Positions 27,722 through 40,706 of a stretch of DNA of 64,000 nt are shown here, in pieces. Under the pieces are notes generated by a model, which did no database searches, was not told the origin of the DNA, and saw nothing but the letters and a program-made list of their open reading frames with translations. How positions within the stretch are numbered: position 1 is the stretch's first letter; each line of letters starts with the position of its first letter. Origin of the DNA: Myxococcales bacterium (lineage in GTDB: Bacteria > Myxococcota_A > UBA9042 > JABWCM01 > BTVJ01). A program made the position numbers and the translations under genes. The stretch is from contig BTVJ01000002.1 in assembly GCA_045863395.1 (NCBI GenBank), positions 224,001 through 288,000 on the forward strand. Direction: 5' to 3'.

Positions 27722-29028
27722 CAGGGAGCCCTGAGCACCCGGATGCGGTGGTTGTGGGTATCGGCGATGTAGAGGTTCCCCTTGGAGTCCAGGGTGACCC
27801 CATAGGGGCGGTCGAGGAGCGCCTCCGTAGCGGGTCCCCCGTCGCCCTGGAAGCCACGCTTCCCGCACTGGCCTGCGACGGTGGTGATGCCCCCCGCCGC
27901 GTCCACCTTGCGCACGCAGTTGTTGTCCGTGTCCGCGATGTAGAACGAGCCGTCGGAGGCGAGCGCCACGTCCGTCGGTCGCTTGAGCTTGGCCTTCGTC
28001 GCGGGGCCGCCGTCTCCGCCGTAGCCGCCCGTGTAGGCCGGATCGTAGGAGTCGGGGCCGCTGCCCGCCACCGTCCGCACCGCTCCCTGGGCGTCCACGA
28101 TCCGGACCCGGTGGTTGCCCGTGTCGCAGAAGTACAGCGTATCGTCCGCGCCCATCTCCATGCGCCCAGTGGGCGGCGCGGACTGGCTGAAGGGCAGGTA
28201 CATCATGGACCCGAGGGCCGGCCCCCCGTCGCCGCTGTAGCCCTGGGGCTTGGGGGGCTTCTGGGGCTCGCAGGCGGGGTTGTCGGCGGCATCCGCCTTG
28301 CAGACCTTGCAGGTCTCGACTCCGGCCTCGGTGGCGCAGACCTTCACGTGGGTCGGCGGGAGCCAGTCCTTGTCCGGCCCCACGATGGTCACCAGCGTCC
28401 CATCCTGCTCGACGCGCCTGACCCGCTGGTTTGCCTGATCCATGATCAGGAGCCGCCCCGCCGAGTCGAAGGCCGTGGCAACGGGGAGATCCAGCACGGC
28501 GTCTTTGGCTGGGCCTCCGTCGCCGGCGAAGTCGCGGCCGCCGGTCCCGCAGACGCCCTCGATGGTGCCGGTCGCCGGGTCGAAGCGCATGACCTTCGAG
28601 TTGTGCCAGGCGGAGATGAAGACCTTGCCTGCGCTGTCGAAGGACACATGGGTCGGGTGGTTGAGCGAGGTCTCCGCGGCGGGGCCGTCCGGGGCGTCCC
28701 CCAGATAGCCAGTCCCGATGACGGTCTCGACGACGCCATCGCGCACGACGCGGATGCGGTGGTTGTTCCAGTCGACCACGTAGGGCGTGCCGTCCGGACC
28801 GAAGGTCAGGTCCTGCGGCAGGTACAGGAGCACCTCGAAGGGCTCCACGCCGTCATGCCCGAGCCCGGCCTTGCCGCGCCCCATGAACGTGCAGATCACG
28901 CCCGGCGACTGACACTCCGCCGCGGTCGACGGGACGCCCCCGAGCTCGTCGGCGGGCGCCGCGTCATCCCCCTCGCAGCCTGCCAGCACCGCGGGAAACA
29001 CCAATGCACCCATCAGGAGTCGTCTCAT
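27721..29028 (-). CDS. NHL-repeat lipoprotein
   Basis: LAG-C lipobox; repeated GDGGPA..L..P....D..N.RIR units. Confidence 0.88.
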   Translation of the reverse strand: MRRLLMGALVFPAVLAGCEGDDAAPADELGGVPSTAAECQSPGVICTFMGRGKAGLGHDGVEPFEVLLYLPQDLTFGPDGTPYVVDWNNHRIRVVRDGVVETVIGTGYLGDAPDGPAAETSLNHPTHVSFDSAGKVFISAWHNSKVMRFDPATGTIEGVCGTGGRDFAGDGGPAKDAVLDLPVATAFDSAGRLLIMDQANQRVRRVEQDGTLVTIVGPDKDWLPPTHVKVCATEAGVETCKVCKADAADNPACEPQKPPKPQGYSGDGGPALGSMMYLPFSQSAPPTGRMEMGADDTLYFCDTGNHRVRIVDAQGAVRTVAGSGPDSYDPAYTGGYGGDGGPATKAKLKRPTDVALASDGSFYIADTDNNCVRKVDAAGGITTVAGQCGKRGFQGDGGPATEALLDRPYGVTLDSKGNLYIADTHNHRIRVLRAP

Positions 29029-29035
29029 GGTTCAC

Positions 29036-30184
29036 CTACAGCCTTACGCGGCGAATGCGGTGGTTCTCGGAGTCTGCGATGTAGAGGAAGCCGTCGTGGA
29101 AGGCGAAGCCCGTCGGCCGGTTGAGGGCGGCGGCCGTCGCTGGCCCGCCGTCCCCGGAGAACGCCGCCGTACCGTTGCCCGCCACCGTGTCGATGAGCCC
29201 CGACTTCAGGTCGAGGGCACGCACCCGGTGGTTGCGCTCGTCGGCGATGTAGAGGCGCCCGTCGGGCCCGAACGCGAGCTTGCGCGGGTTGTTCAGCTTG
29301 GCCTCGGTCGCCTTGCCGCCGTCGCCGCCATAGCCCGCGTCTCCGGTCCCCGCGACCGTCTCGATGAGGTCCTTGTCCAGGTCGACGCGCCGCACGCGGT
29401 GGTTCAGGACGTCGGCGAAGTAGATGCGCCCCTCGCCGTCGATGGCCAGGCCCCCGCCGGGCTGCGGGTTGGTCCCGAAGGGCTGCTGCATCTTGGCCTG
29501 CAGGGGCGGCCCGTCGTCTCCCTCGTAGCCCTTCTGTTTGGGCGTGCCGGCCACCGTCGAGACCACGTCGTCCGTGCCGATACGCCGGATGATCTGGTTG
29601 CGCTGGTCCAGGATGAACAGGGCGCCGTCCTTCGCCAGGGCCGCCTGGATGGGCTGGTCGAGCAGGGCCTTGGTCGCGGGCCCACCGTCCCCCGCGAAGC
29701 CCGCCGGACCGCCGCAGGTCACGCGCACCTTGCCCGTCGCCGGATCGTAGCGGCGCAGCTTGTGGTTGTGCCAGGACACGAGCAGCATGCTGCCGTCCGG
29801 CAGGGGGAGGAGCTGCGTCGGGTGGTTGAGCGTGACCGCCGTCCCGTCGGCTCCGGCGGGGGTCAGGTCCGACTTGTCCTCGGGGCCGTCGCCCACGAAG
29901 TCCGTACCGATGACGGTCTCCAGGGTCCCCGCCGCCGTGACCCGCCTCACGCGGTGGTTGTTCCAGTCGAGGATGTAGGCATCGCCGGCCTCCGTGAAGG
30001 TCAGGTCGATGGGCCAGTAGAAGTCGGAGGCGAGCAGCGCGTGGCCGTCGCCGTCGTAGGCCGCCTCTCCCGTGCCGGCCCACGTGCAGATGGTCCCGGA
30101 GGTGTCCGGGCACGTCGCGTCTTCGTCGGCGCCGCAGGCAGCGAGCATCGCGGCGAGCGCCACGGCGGTCAGGGTTCGTTTCAC
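29036..30184 (-). CDS. NHL-repeat lipoprotein, paralog of the neighbouring gene
   Basis: LAA-C lipobox; shares DWNNHR, LNHPT and WHN motifs with its neighbour. Confidence 0.88.
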   Translation of the reverse strand: MKRTLTAVALAAMLAACGADEDATCPDTSGTICTWAGTGEAAYDGDGHALLASDFYWPIDLTFTEAGDAYILDWNNHRVRRVTAAGTLETVIGTDFVGDGPEDKSDLTPAGADGTAVTLNHPTQLLPLPDGSMLLVSWHNHKLRRYDPATGKVRVTCGGPAGFAGDGGPATKALLDQPIQAALAKDGALFILDQRNQIIRRIGTDDVVSTVAGTPKQKGYEGDDGPPLQAKMQQPFGTNPQPGGGLAIDGEGRIYFADVLNHRVRRVDLDKDLIETVAGTGDAGYGGDGGKATEAKLNNPRKLAFGPDGRLYIADERNHRVRALDLKSGLIDTVAGNGTAAFSGDGGPATAAALNRPTGFAFHDGFLYIADSENHRIRRVRL

Positions 30185-30208
30185 GCTCCTACCTCTCCTT
30201 GGAGCCGT

Positions 30209-30769
30209 TCACAGCTCCTCCGCGCACGTCAGGTCGTATCCAAGGGCGGTCACGGCGCCCGCTGGAGCGCAGTGATGCTCGTGACAATGGATGCAGGTCT
30301 GAGGGGAACCATCCTCGAGGACCTTCAGGGTCGTGTCCAGCTTCTGCCACCGCCAGTCGCCGCTGTCGGGTGCGTACCCCGCCGGCTCCTTGCGCATCGC
30401 GGTGTAGCCGACAAGCATCGTGCACGCGTCGTCGTCGTACTCCGCCTTGACCAGGATCGCTCCGACGGGGTAGGGCACCTCTGCTGACAGGCGCGCATAG
30501 GGCTCCTTCGCGAGGTCGTTGACGAGGACGCGGATGTGGTTCAGCTCGTGCTCGTGGCTGTGCCGGCAGTCGCGCAGCTCGGTGTACTGCGTGGCGAAGG
30601 CCGCCGGGAACACCGCGCTGGTCTCTGCGGCAGAGACCGCGGTTGGCTCGTCGCAGCTCGTCACCAGCATGAGCGCCACCAGGGCAGACCTTGACGGCAA
30701 AGACAGCCTCTGCACCGCCGGGCGGCGCTCCGATAGGGGACGCATTTGGTCCGCGATAGACCCAATCAT
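30209..30769 (-). CDS. Cytochrome P460-family lipoprotein (start uncertain)
   Basis: VTS-C lipobox-like; YPVGAILVK, TAMRK and GDWRW motifs; CIHCH. Confidence 0.78.
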   Translation of the reverse strand: MIGSIADQMRPLSERRPAVQRLSLPSRSALVALMLVTSCDEPTAVSAAETSAVFPAAFATQYTELRDCRHSHEHELNHIRVLVNDLAKEPYARLSAEVPYPVGAILVKAEYDDDACTMLVGYTAMRKEPAGYAPDSGDWRWQKLDTTLKVLEDGSPQTCIHCHEHHCAPAGAVTALGYDLTCAEEL

Positions 30770-30829
30770 ACCCGTTCGAACGTCGCGGTCAATAGGGTGG
30801 AACGGAGCCTCGCCGGTGGCCCCGTGCTC

Positions 30830-31219
30830 CTACGGGATGACCTGCTGCAGGCAGAGCTTCTGGGTGCCGCCCTTGAGGGCGCACAGCACGCAGTAGGGAC
30901 CCTTGGGGTCGTCGGGCGTCGGGACCTTGAAGCAGGTGTCGCCGCTCTTCAGCAAGGAGTCCGTGAGCTTCGCGGCGCAGAAGTCATGGAGGGACTGAGG
31001 GATGGTCTTCGAGTCCGCCAGCCCCACGCAGCTCGACGCGGGGAGGGGCTGGAGCGCGTCTTTGGGCGGGAGGTCGCCCGGCCCGATGACCTGTCCCGTG
31101 TCCGCCGGCGCAGGCCCGGTGTCGGCGACGACGGCGGTGTCCGTCCCCCCTGAGTCGCCGGCGCTGTCACAGGATCCGGATGACACCAGGAGCGCAAGCC
31201 CCCACAGAATACCCCTCAT
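30830..31219 (-). CDS. Small secreted Cys-containing protein or lipoprotein
   Basis: Hydrophobic leader followed by Cys; AGAGG RBS. Confidence 0.65.
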   Translation of the reverse strand: MRGILWGLALLVSSGSCDSAGDSGGTDTAVVADTGPAPADTGQVIGPGDLPPKDALQPLPASSCVGLADSKTIPQSLHDFCAAKLTDSLLKSGDTCFKVPTPDDPKGPYCVLCALKGGTQKLCLQQVIP

Positions 31220-31237
31220 GGTCCCTCTTGGCGGAGA

Positions 31238-34200
31238 TCAGTTGCAGCTTGTGCCGCACGCCTGGCAGTAGAGGACGCACAGGTCGTCCCACATGGTGGT
31301 GCAGCACGCCCCGTCCCAGTCGTTGCAGACGCAGCTCTGGCACGAGCAGCCGCCGCACCCTGGAGTCACCTTGGGCGTGCAGCCAGCACTTCCGCCGCCG
31401 CAGCTGGTCCCGCAGTCCTTGCACGCCTGGACGCACTGGCTGTCCCAGAGCACCCCGCAGCACTCGGGGAAGACGCTGCACACGCAGGGCTCGCAGGCGC
31501 ATCCGCAGCAGCTCGCGCCGCTGTCCGGCAGGCCGCTCTTGATGCCGACGGAGCAGCCGTCGGGGCTGCACCCGGGGCAGTTGCCGCAGTCCTGCTTGCA
31601 GTTGCCGCACATCTCGCCGAGCGCGCTGTCGCACACCCCGTTGCCGCAGCAGACGCCGCAGTCCTGCGGGCAGTTCTGGCAGTTGTCCGTGGGGGCGTCG
31701 CACACCCCGTTGCCGCAGCAGACGCCGCAGTCCTGCGGGCAGGAGCCGCAGGACTCGTCCCCGAGGCACGTGCCGTCGCCGCAGCACTCCCCGCAGTCGG
31801 CGTAGCAGTTGGTGCAGTTCTCGCCGGTGCTGCACACCCCATCTCCGCACGCCGCCGCGACGCCCTCGCAGCCGAACTGGCAGACCACCTGGCAGGCCTG
31901 GCTGCACTGGGAGTCCCACTCGTTGTTGCAGCAGTAGGGGTCGTGGGCGCAGACGCAGTCCTCGCAGGAGCAGTCGGCGCACCCGGCCCCCTTGAGGTTC
32001 TCCAGGCAGCCGAGGCCGCCCGACTGGCCGCCGCAGCCCATGCCGCACTGGCCGCACAGCTCGCCGCACGCCAGGTCCCACGCGACCGTACAACAGTAGG
32101 GGCTCTGGGCACACACGCAGTCCTCGCAGTAGGCCGTGCCGCAGCCAGGCAGCGTGGTCTCGTCGCAGCCGAGGGTGCACTGGCAGGGGCCGCAGTCCTG
32201 GCCGCAGTTGACGCAGCTCTCGCCCGCCGCCTTGTTGCACTGGCCGTCGCCGCAGCAGCTCCCACAGTCCGCGGGGCAGGTCGTGCAGGTCTCGCCGCCG
32301 ATGCTGCAGATGCCGTCGCCGCACGTGGGCGTCGCCCCTTCGCAGTCGTAGCCGCACTGGCTACCCTGGCACCGGGCCACGCAGGAGGCGTCCCAGGCGA
32401 AGTCGCAGCAGAAGTTGTCCCAGTAGCAGACGCACGTCTGGCAGGCGCAGTTGCCGCACCCCTTCTTGGTGCTCGGGAAGCATCCGGTGCCGCCGCTCTC
32501 GGCGTCGCAGTTGTAGCCGCACTTCGTCTTGCTCTTGCACAGGGTCACGCAGTCGTTGTCCCACGCAGTGAGCACGCAGAAGGGGTCGTAGGTCTGCACG
32601 CAGGCCTGGCACCCGCACCCGTCGCAGCCTGCCGAGGGGCTCGTCGTGCACCCGTTCGTGGCCGCGCAGGGGCCACAGTCGGCCTGGCACTCGATGCAGT
32701 CCTCGCCGGCCTCGCACACTCCGTTGCCGCAGCACCCGGGGCAGTCTGCGGGGCAGGAGGCGCACGTCTCGCCCTGGTTGCAGGCCCCGTCCCCACAGGC
32801 GGGCTGGATGCCGCCGGGGCACGTGAAGCCGCAGCTCCCCTTGCAGAGGTTGACGCAGTGGGTGTCCCACAGCGCCGTGCAGCACAGCGGGTCGACACCA
32901 CACACGCACTGCTCGCACGCGCAGTCCGCGCAGCCCGTCCCGGGCTGGGTGTTGGTCAGGCAGCCGATGCCGCCGCTCTCGCCGGTGCAGGACTTTCCGC
33001 AGTCAGAGGCGCACTCGTCGGCGCACTGGGCGTCCCACTGGATGTTGCAGCAGATGGGGTCGAGGGCGCAGACGCAGCTCTCGCAGGCGCAGCCCCCACA
33101 GCCGGGCGCCTGGGAGGTGGTGCAGCCGTTGGACAGCGTGCAGGTCCCGCAGTCGCTCGGACAGGTGGCGCAGGTCTCGCCGTTGTCACAGGCCCCGTTG
33201 CCGCAGCAGCTCCCGCAGTCGGCCGCGCAGGTCGCGCAGGACTCGCCGGGCTGGCAGCCACCGTCGCCGCAGGTTGGCGTGAAGCCGTCGCACTCGAAGC
33301 CGCAGGGACCGTCGCACAGCGCGGCGCACGCAGCGGTCCAAGCGCCCGTACAGCAGGCGGGCATGTTGTCGCACACGCACTGCTCGCAGCCGCAGTCGCC
33401 GCAGCCTGGTCCTGCCTTGGCGCCGCACCCGAGGCCCCCATCCTCGCGGTCACAGGCCTGCCCGCAGTCCTCCGCGCAGGCGAAGGAGCAGGCGCCGTCC
33501 CAGGCGACGGCGCAGCAGAAGGGGTCGCTGCCGCACACACACTCCTCGCAGCCACAGCCCTCGCACCCCGCTGCGCCCGCGGGGAGGCAGCCGTCGGACG
33601 GAGCGCACGAGAAGCCGCAGTCCGCGGCGCAGCTCGCGACGCAGGCGCCGTCCCAGGCGACCACGCAGCAGAAGGGGTTCTTCTCGCAGACGCAGCCCTC
33701 GCAGCCGCACCCCTGGCAGCCTGGGGCCTCGGAGACCAGGCAGCCGAGCCCGCCGTCGCAGCCGGCGCCGCAGGTCGAGCCGCACAGGGCGACGCACTTG
33801 GAGTCCCACGAGTTGGTGCAGCAGTACGGGTCGATGGCGCACACGCAGGACTCGCAGCCACACCCGCCGCAGCCGGGCGCTGCGGAGACCGTACACCCCT
33901 CGCCGGCGCCGCACTGGTTGGCGCCGCCGACGCAGCTTCCGGTGACGCACTGGTCCGGGCCCGTGCAGGGGTCACCGTCGCTGCAGTCGTCGACGACGCC
34001 GGTACAGTCGTTGTCGATGCCGTCGCAGAGCTCTGGCGCGCCCACGTAGATGGTCGGGTCCTTCGGGGCGCAGTCGATCCCGTCCGGGTTGCCGTCGTTG
34101 TCGTCGTCGGGGTCGCAGGAGTCGAGGTAGTGGTCGCCGTCGAAGTCCGACTCGGGAGCGTATGGCAGCTTGAGCGCCCGGATGATCAGCGCCTGCACGT

Positions 34201-34471
34201 CGATGACGTTGAGCGCGTTGTCGCAGTTGATGTCCGCCTCGACGACGGTCGCCTGGAGGCAGGTCGGCGTGCTCGTCGCCTGCCCGCCGGCGCTCCACAG
34301 CGCGAGGATGATCTCGCACTGGACGTCGACCACGTTGGTCAGCCCGTCCTTGGTGATGTCCCCGGCGGGTACGAGGAGCGCCCGGGCGTCACCAGGGGCC
34401 GCCGAGACCGCGGCCGCCACGAGCGCGGTGATGAGCATGCCCCGATGGCGCGGGCGATGAGCGACCTGCAT
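31238..34471 (-). CDS. Very Cys-rich secreted repeat protein with N-terminal dockerin-like domain
   Basis: Signal ending ARA; twin loops [13 protein letters not shown] and [13 protein letters not shown]; one MopE-like repeat; many CxCExCVCxxDPxCCxxxWDxxC and CGDGxC units. Confidence 0.8.
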   Translation of the reverse strand: MQVAHRPRHRGMLITALVAAAVSAAPGDARALLVPAGDITKDGLTNVVDVQCEIILALWSAGGQATSTPTCLQATVVEADINCDNALNVIDVQALIIRALKLPYAPESDFDGDHYLDSCDPDDDNDGNPDGIDCAPKDPTIYVGAPELCDGIDNDCTGVVDDCSDGDPCTGPDQCVTGSCVGGANQCGAGEGCTVSAAPGCGGCGCESCVCAIDPYCCTNSWDSKCVALCGSTCGAGCDGGLGCLVSEAPGCQGCGCEGCVCEKNPFCCVVAWDGACVASCAADCGFSCAPSDGCLPAGAAGCEGCGCEECVCGSDPFCCAVAWDGACSFACAEDCGQACDREDGGLGCGAKAGPGCGDCGCEQCVCDNMPACCTGAWTAACAALCDGPCGFECDGFTPTCGDGGCQPGESCATCAADCGSCCGNGACDNGETCATCPSDCGTCTLSNGCTTSQAPGCGGCACESCVCALDPICCNIQWDAQCADECASDCGKSCTGESGGIGCLTNTQPGTGCADCACEQCVCGVDPLCCTALWDTHCVNLCKGSCGFTCPGGIQPACGDGACNQGETCASCPADCPGCCGNGVCEAGEDCIECQADCGPCAATNGCTTSPSAGCDGCGCQACVQTYDPFCVLTAWDNDCVTLCKSKTKCGYNCDAESGGTGCFPSTKKGCGNCACQTCVCYWDNFCCDFAWDASCVARCQGSQCGYDCEGATPTCGDGICSIGGETCTTCPADCGSCCGDGQCNKAAGESCVNCGQDCGPCQCTLGCDETTLPGCGTAYCEDCVCAQSPYCCTVAWDLACGELCGQCGMGCGGQSGGLGCLENLKGAGCADCSCEDCVCAHDPYCCNNEWDSQCSQACQVVCQFGCEGVAAACGDGVCSTGENCTNCYADCGECCGDGTCLGDESCGSCPQDCGVCCGNGVCDAPTDNCQNCPQDCGVCCGNGVCDSALGEMCGNCKQDCGNCPGCSPDGCSVGIKSGLPDSGASCCGCACEPCVCSVFPECCGVLWDSQCVQACKDCGTSCGGGSAGCTPKVTPGCGGCSCQSCVCNDWDGACCTTMWDDLCVLYCQACGTSCN

Positions 34472-34625
34472 GGATCCTCCTCGGGCGAGCCTGGTTGTCG
34501 GCGCCGCCCCCCATCTTCGCCCATGGGCGGGCGAAGTCAACGCCGGATTTCATCGCGGCGGTTCACCAGGCGGCTCCGGCCACCCCAGGTCCGGGGGCGC
34601 ACGGGAGCGGGCGACGACTTTCGTG

Positions 34626-34654
34626 TTGACTCGCAGGCCCCAAACCTGTAAACG
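34626..34654 (+). promoter_or_regulatory. Possible sigma70 promoter upstream of fusA
   Basis: TTGACT-17 nt-TAAACG; the -10 match is imperfect. Confidence 0.3.
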
Positions 34655-34806
34655 GCCCGCGCCGAACCCGGAGGCTCACCTCGGCCCCCCAGCGGGATGC
34701 CTCGGGTCGGACCGAGCCGGCGCGATGACGTGCCACAGAGGCCGGACCCGGACACGCCGGGCACACGGCGCCGGGCCGCAGGACGGGGACCCAGAACGGA
34801 AACGCA

Positions 34807-36888
<2,082 letters not shown>

Positions 36889-36904
36889 GGAAGGAGTGAG
36901 CGCC

Positions 36905-37612
36905 ATGTACAGCCAGAAGTTCAGCGAGCGCAGCCCGCTGCGGGTGCTCGAGAAGTCCATCCACGGCGGTCTGGGGAGCGGCAACGTGGGCGTCGTCGTG
37001 TCCCGGGCGGGCATCGGCAAGACCGCGTGCCTCGTCCAGATCGGCATCGACTCCCTGATCCGGGACCGCAACGTCCTGCACGTGAGCCTCCACGACTCCG
37101 TGATCCACGTTCGCACGTGGTACGACGAGCTGCTCCAGGAGTTCGCCCGGGCCATCGGGGAGGTGGAGTTCCCCAAGACGCACCGCTCGGACATCGAGCG
37201 GTCGCGCCACATCCACACCTACCGGGATCACAGCTTCTCGGTAGAGAAGTTGCGCGAGGGGGTCCGCTTCCTCGAGGCGCATGCCCACTTCACGCCCGAC
37301 ACGATCATCCTGGACGGCTTCGACTTCGCCTCGGCGACGGCGGAGCAGATCGAGACCCTCGGCGCCGTGGCGAAGGAGAGCAACGCCGAGCTGTGGGCCA
37401 GCGCGCTGTCGCACCGCCACCAGCCCGTGGATCACCCCCGGGGGATCCCGCTGCCCGTCTCCACCTTCGAGAGCCAGATCTCGGTGGTCATGTTCCTGGA
37501 GCCGAGCAACGGAAGCGTCCAGGTCCGGATCCTGAAGGACCACGACAACCCTGACGTCTCGGGGCTTCACCTCCTCCTCGACAAGCGCAGCTTCCTGATC
37601 CAGCAGGCGTAG
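36905..37612 (+). CDS. Small RecA/KaiC-like P-loop ATPase
   Basis: GGLGSGNVGVVVSRAGIGKT Walker A; IILDG Walker B. Confidence 0.75.
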   Translation: MYSQKFSERSPLRVLEKSIHGGLGSGNVGVVVSRAGIGKTACLVQIGIDSLIRDRNVLHVSLHDSVIHVRTWYDELLQEFARAIGEVEFPKTHRSDIERSRHIHTYRDHSFSVEKLREGVRFLEAHAHFTPDTIILDGFDFASATAEQIETLGAVAKESNAELWASALSHRHQPVDHPRGIPLPVSTFESQISVVMFLEPSNGSVQVRILKDHDNPDVSGLHLLLDKRSFLIQQA

Positions 37613-37712
37613 GCAGCCGCCAGCCGCCAGCCTTCGGCGTTCCGCCACCAGTCACCTGCAAGCCTTCGGCGAGCCGCCAACAGCGCGTCGCGGCGCGCTG
37701 AGCGCTCCACGG

Positions 37713-39545
37713 CTACAGCTCTTCGGTCCAGCCTTCCGGGAACTGGGGGATGCACTGGGAGATGTTCGCCTTGACGTCCAGGATGCTGTTGATGCTGTCG
37801 AGGAGCGCCTGGGGGTCGCCATTCGTGACCGGGAAGAAGATGCCGCCGCCGTGCTTGGCGATGGCCGCGTTGGCCGAGTCAGAGGAGCCCTGGCTGATGT
37901 CGACCACGTGGATGATCGCCGTGAGGGGGTTGCCCTCGTAGTCCTTGAGGCGGTTGGCGCCCACGCCATCGATGAGCATGATGGGGCTCGGCGCGCCGTA
38001 CTCCTGGCACGTCCCGGACTTGCACTTCGCGCCCGTGCCGCAATCCGAGTCGAAGGCGCACCCCAGGCCGTAGCGAAGCCGTTTCGCCTGGACCATCGGG
38101 TTGAAGAAGTTGCTGGTCTCCGTTGCTGGAGATTCCACGCCGTCGGTGAACAGGATCACCACGTTCTGGCGGCAGCCACGGAGGGGGTCGAAGCACTTGC
38201 CGTCGGGGCCGCAGTAATAGTTGACGTTCCCGCAGTCCGCACGGCTCTCGCAGGGCTTGCCCGCTGGGGTGCCGTACTTGCGCAGAAACTCCCCGGCGTA
38301 GAACAGGCTCTTGCCGAGCGGCGTGCTGCCCGTGGCGCGCAGCTCGTGGTTGGTGTGCGTCGCGCACTCGCCCGCGCCCGACTGCTTGTCGATGGCGCAC
38401 ACGCCGACCGGGCAGTCCACGTTCTTGGCGCACGCGGGCCCGATCTTCTCGAAGACCTCGTTGCCGTCCACCCACTCCAGCGCCTTGGGCTTCGTGTCGT
38501 CGTCCTCGTCCACCGGGAAGGGGACCGACAGGATCTCGTGGAGGTACTGGTCGAACCAGCCGCCGTCCGCCACGATGTGGGAGTTGTCGTCACCGGAGAT
38601 CCAGTCCGAGTTGCCCCCTCCCGCGGAGCTCATGTTCGTGTAGTGGCCGATGCCCGTCGGATCGAAGAGGCTGCCGCAGGTCTCCGGCGAGTCCGCCTTC
38701 TCGCGCTGGGGAAACCGGAGCATCGCGAAATAGACCCTCTGGAACACCTCAGAGGTGAAGATCTGGTTGAACACCATCTTCGCAAGTCCAAGGCGGGACT
38801 GAGGACACTTGAGATCCTCGCACGCAGGGTAGGGCTGCGCCTTGCACCCGGTCGGGCAGATGCAGGGCACGGCGTCCAATGCGCCGAGGCTGCCCATGGA
38901 GCCCGAGGTGTCGAAGATCAGCACCACGTTGTGCTTGATGGGCTCACACTGGTCCGTGTAGCAGGCGCTCCCGGGCGGGCAGGGGACGTGAGCGTAGCCG
39001 GTCCCCCACTCGTCGCACACCTGGATCTGGAGCTTGCTGCACTGCTTCTGGCCAGGCTCGCACACCTTCACTTTGCAGTCGCCGACCACGCAGGCGCCAT
39101 CGGCCGGGCAGGGCGCGCCCTCGACCCACTTGCTGCCGTCACTGGCGCACTGCTTCGGCGTCAGGCCGTCGCAAGCCTTCTGGTTCGGGAAGCATGCCGT
39201 CTGCACGCACTGGCCGCCCTTGCACCAGGACGGGTAGGTGCAGTGCTCGTCGACGAGGCAGTCCAGGCATGCGCCGCTCGTCGGTTCACAGAAAGTGCCG
39301 GGGAGGCAAGCGCAGGCGGCCGTGTCGGGGTCCTCGACGTCGAGGGGCGCCGGCGTGTCCTCCACCGCGGGGGCGTCCGCCATGGGCGTGTCGACCCACG
39401 GTGCCGCGTCATCGGTCGCGTCCGCCGTCTGGACGTCCGCCGCCGCCACGTCAGAGCCGCCCTGTGGCCCCTCGCCGTCGCCGGTGTCCGAGCACGCCAC
39501 GAGCTGCAGCACCGCCAGACCCGACGCGATCCATGTCCCTCTCAT
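37713..39545 (-). CDS. Cys-rich lipoprotein with VWA domain
   Basis: LVA-C lipobox; MIDAS FDTSGSM, TPL and LFTDG. Confidence 0.85.
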   Translation of the reverse strand: MRGTWIASGLAVLQLVACSDTGDGEGPQGGSDVAAADVQTADATDDAAPWVDTPMADAPAVEDTPAPLDVEDPDTAACACLPGTFCEPTSGACLDCLVDEHCTYPSWCKGGQCVQTACFPNQKACDGLTPKQCASDGSKWVEGAPCPADGACVVGDCKVKVCEPGQKQCSKLQIQVCDEWGTGYAHVPCPPGSACYTDQCEPIKHNVVLIFDTSGSMGSLGALDAVPCICPTGCKAQPYPACEDLKCPQSRLGLAKMVFNQIFTSEVFQRVYFAMLRFPQREKADSPETCGSLFDPTGIGHYTNMSSAGGGNSDWISGDDNSHIVADGGWFDQYLHEILSVPFPVDEDDDTKPKALEWVDGNEVFEKIGPACAKNVDCPVGVCAIDKQSGAGECATHTNHELRATGSTPLGKSLFYAGEFLRKYGTPAGKPCESRADCGNVNYYCGPDGKCFDPLRGCRQNVVILFTDGVESPATETSNFFNPMVQAKRLRYGLGCAFDSDCGTGAKCKSGTCQEYGAPSPIMLIDGVGANRLKDYEGNPLTAIIHVVDISQGSSDSANAAIAKHGGGIFFPVTNGDPQALLDSINSILDVKANISQCIPQFPEGWTEEL

Positions 39546-39614
39546 ACGCTCCTCCAGCCGCCAGACGAGACGCAGCAGCATACCGAAGTGGTCGCGGGCG
39601 CGCTACAACCGGTG

Positions 39615-40370
39615 TCAGGCGGACTGGTCGAGGGCGACGATGGCGTCCGCGAGGGACGTGTCGTCCCGGGCAGCCCGCAGGAGGCCCAGGTTCCCATCAT
39701 TGCTGCAGAGGTTGGCGATGCGTGCGAGCAGGTGCAGGTGGAGGTCTGCCGCGCCAGGCGGATCGAGCAGGACGAACAGGACGGACACCGGGATGCCGTC
39801 CGGTGTGTCCAGAGCCAGGGGGGTGCGCAGGTTCGTCACTGCCAGGAGGGGCCTGGGGAGGCCCGAGCACTGCGCGTGGGGGATGGCGACCCCTCCGCCG
39901 AGGAGCCAGCCCGCGTGCTCCGGGTCACGCTCCAGCTCCCGGCACAGCGTGTCGGCGCAAGAGCCCGGATGGACCTGCGTCACCCGCGCGACCACGGCGG
40001 AGACCGCCTCGGCCCAATCCGCGGCGTCCAGGTTGGCGATGACCAGCGCGTCGTCCATGTGGTCGGAGAGCTGGACCGGACGGGCTCGCTCGTGTGCGCC
40101 GGACCGGGCGCGGGTGGCCGCCCGGACGGCGCCGACCACGGCGCCAGCGCCCAGCTCGTGGATGGCGGCCGCGAGCTCCACGAAGTCGTGGGGGGACACC
40201 CCGGCGCTGCGGGCCACCTCGAGGAAGATCTGCACGTGGGGCACCGAGCGGATCCAGCGCGCCGTGTGCTCCGGCGAGCGTACCAGGTCGCTCCCGTGTA
40301 CCTCGTGCGGCTCCGCTCCAGATGGGCCCGGGGGCGGGTGGTGCGGGTCGAGCCGTCCGACTGCCGTCAT
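39615..40370 (-). CDS. PTS EIIA type-2 domain protein with N-terminal extension
   Basis: LGGGVAIPHA, TPDGIPVSVLFVLL and HLHLLARIA motifs. Confidence 0.8.
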   Translation of the reverse strand: MTAVGRLDPHHPPPGPSGAEPHEVHGSDLVRSPEHTARWIRSVPHVQIFLEVARSAGVSPHDFVELAAAIHELGAGAVVGAVRAATRARSGAHERARPVQLSDHMDDALVIANLDAADWAEAVSAVVARVTQVHPGSCADTLCRELERDPEHAGWLLGGGVAIPHAQCSGLPRPLLAVTNLRTPLALDTPDGIPVSVLFVLLDPPGAADLHLHLLARIANLCSNDGNLGLLRAARDDTSLADAIVALDQSA

Positions 40371-40706
40371 GACTCCTCCTGGCAAGTGCCGGGGACTGAA
40401 GCACGCGCGGGCGAGGCCCCATTCCCAAGATCGGCGACTCTACCACAGTCGGACGGCGTTGGTGGTGACATCGGCGAGCGTCGCGAGTCGACCCACGGGT
40501 CGGTCACTCGACGCAGACCGACCGGTGAGTCGGTCGGGTTCACACTGCGCCATGACCAGCGATGGCGCGGAGATGGACGTGTCTCACCGCCACAGAATAG
40601 TCTTGCCACCCCCAGGCATCCGTGGTAGGGGTGGCGCACGCCGGAGCAACCGGGACGCGCCAACCCGTTGGTGTCGGCGTGCGACCATGCAGGGAGCCTT
40701 CACACC

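Noticed and set aside
37613..37712. Short agccttcggcg duplication between convergent genes as a REP-like element
   Set aside because: Only two short copies, and not noticed elsewhere in the window.
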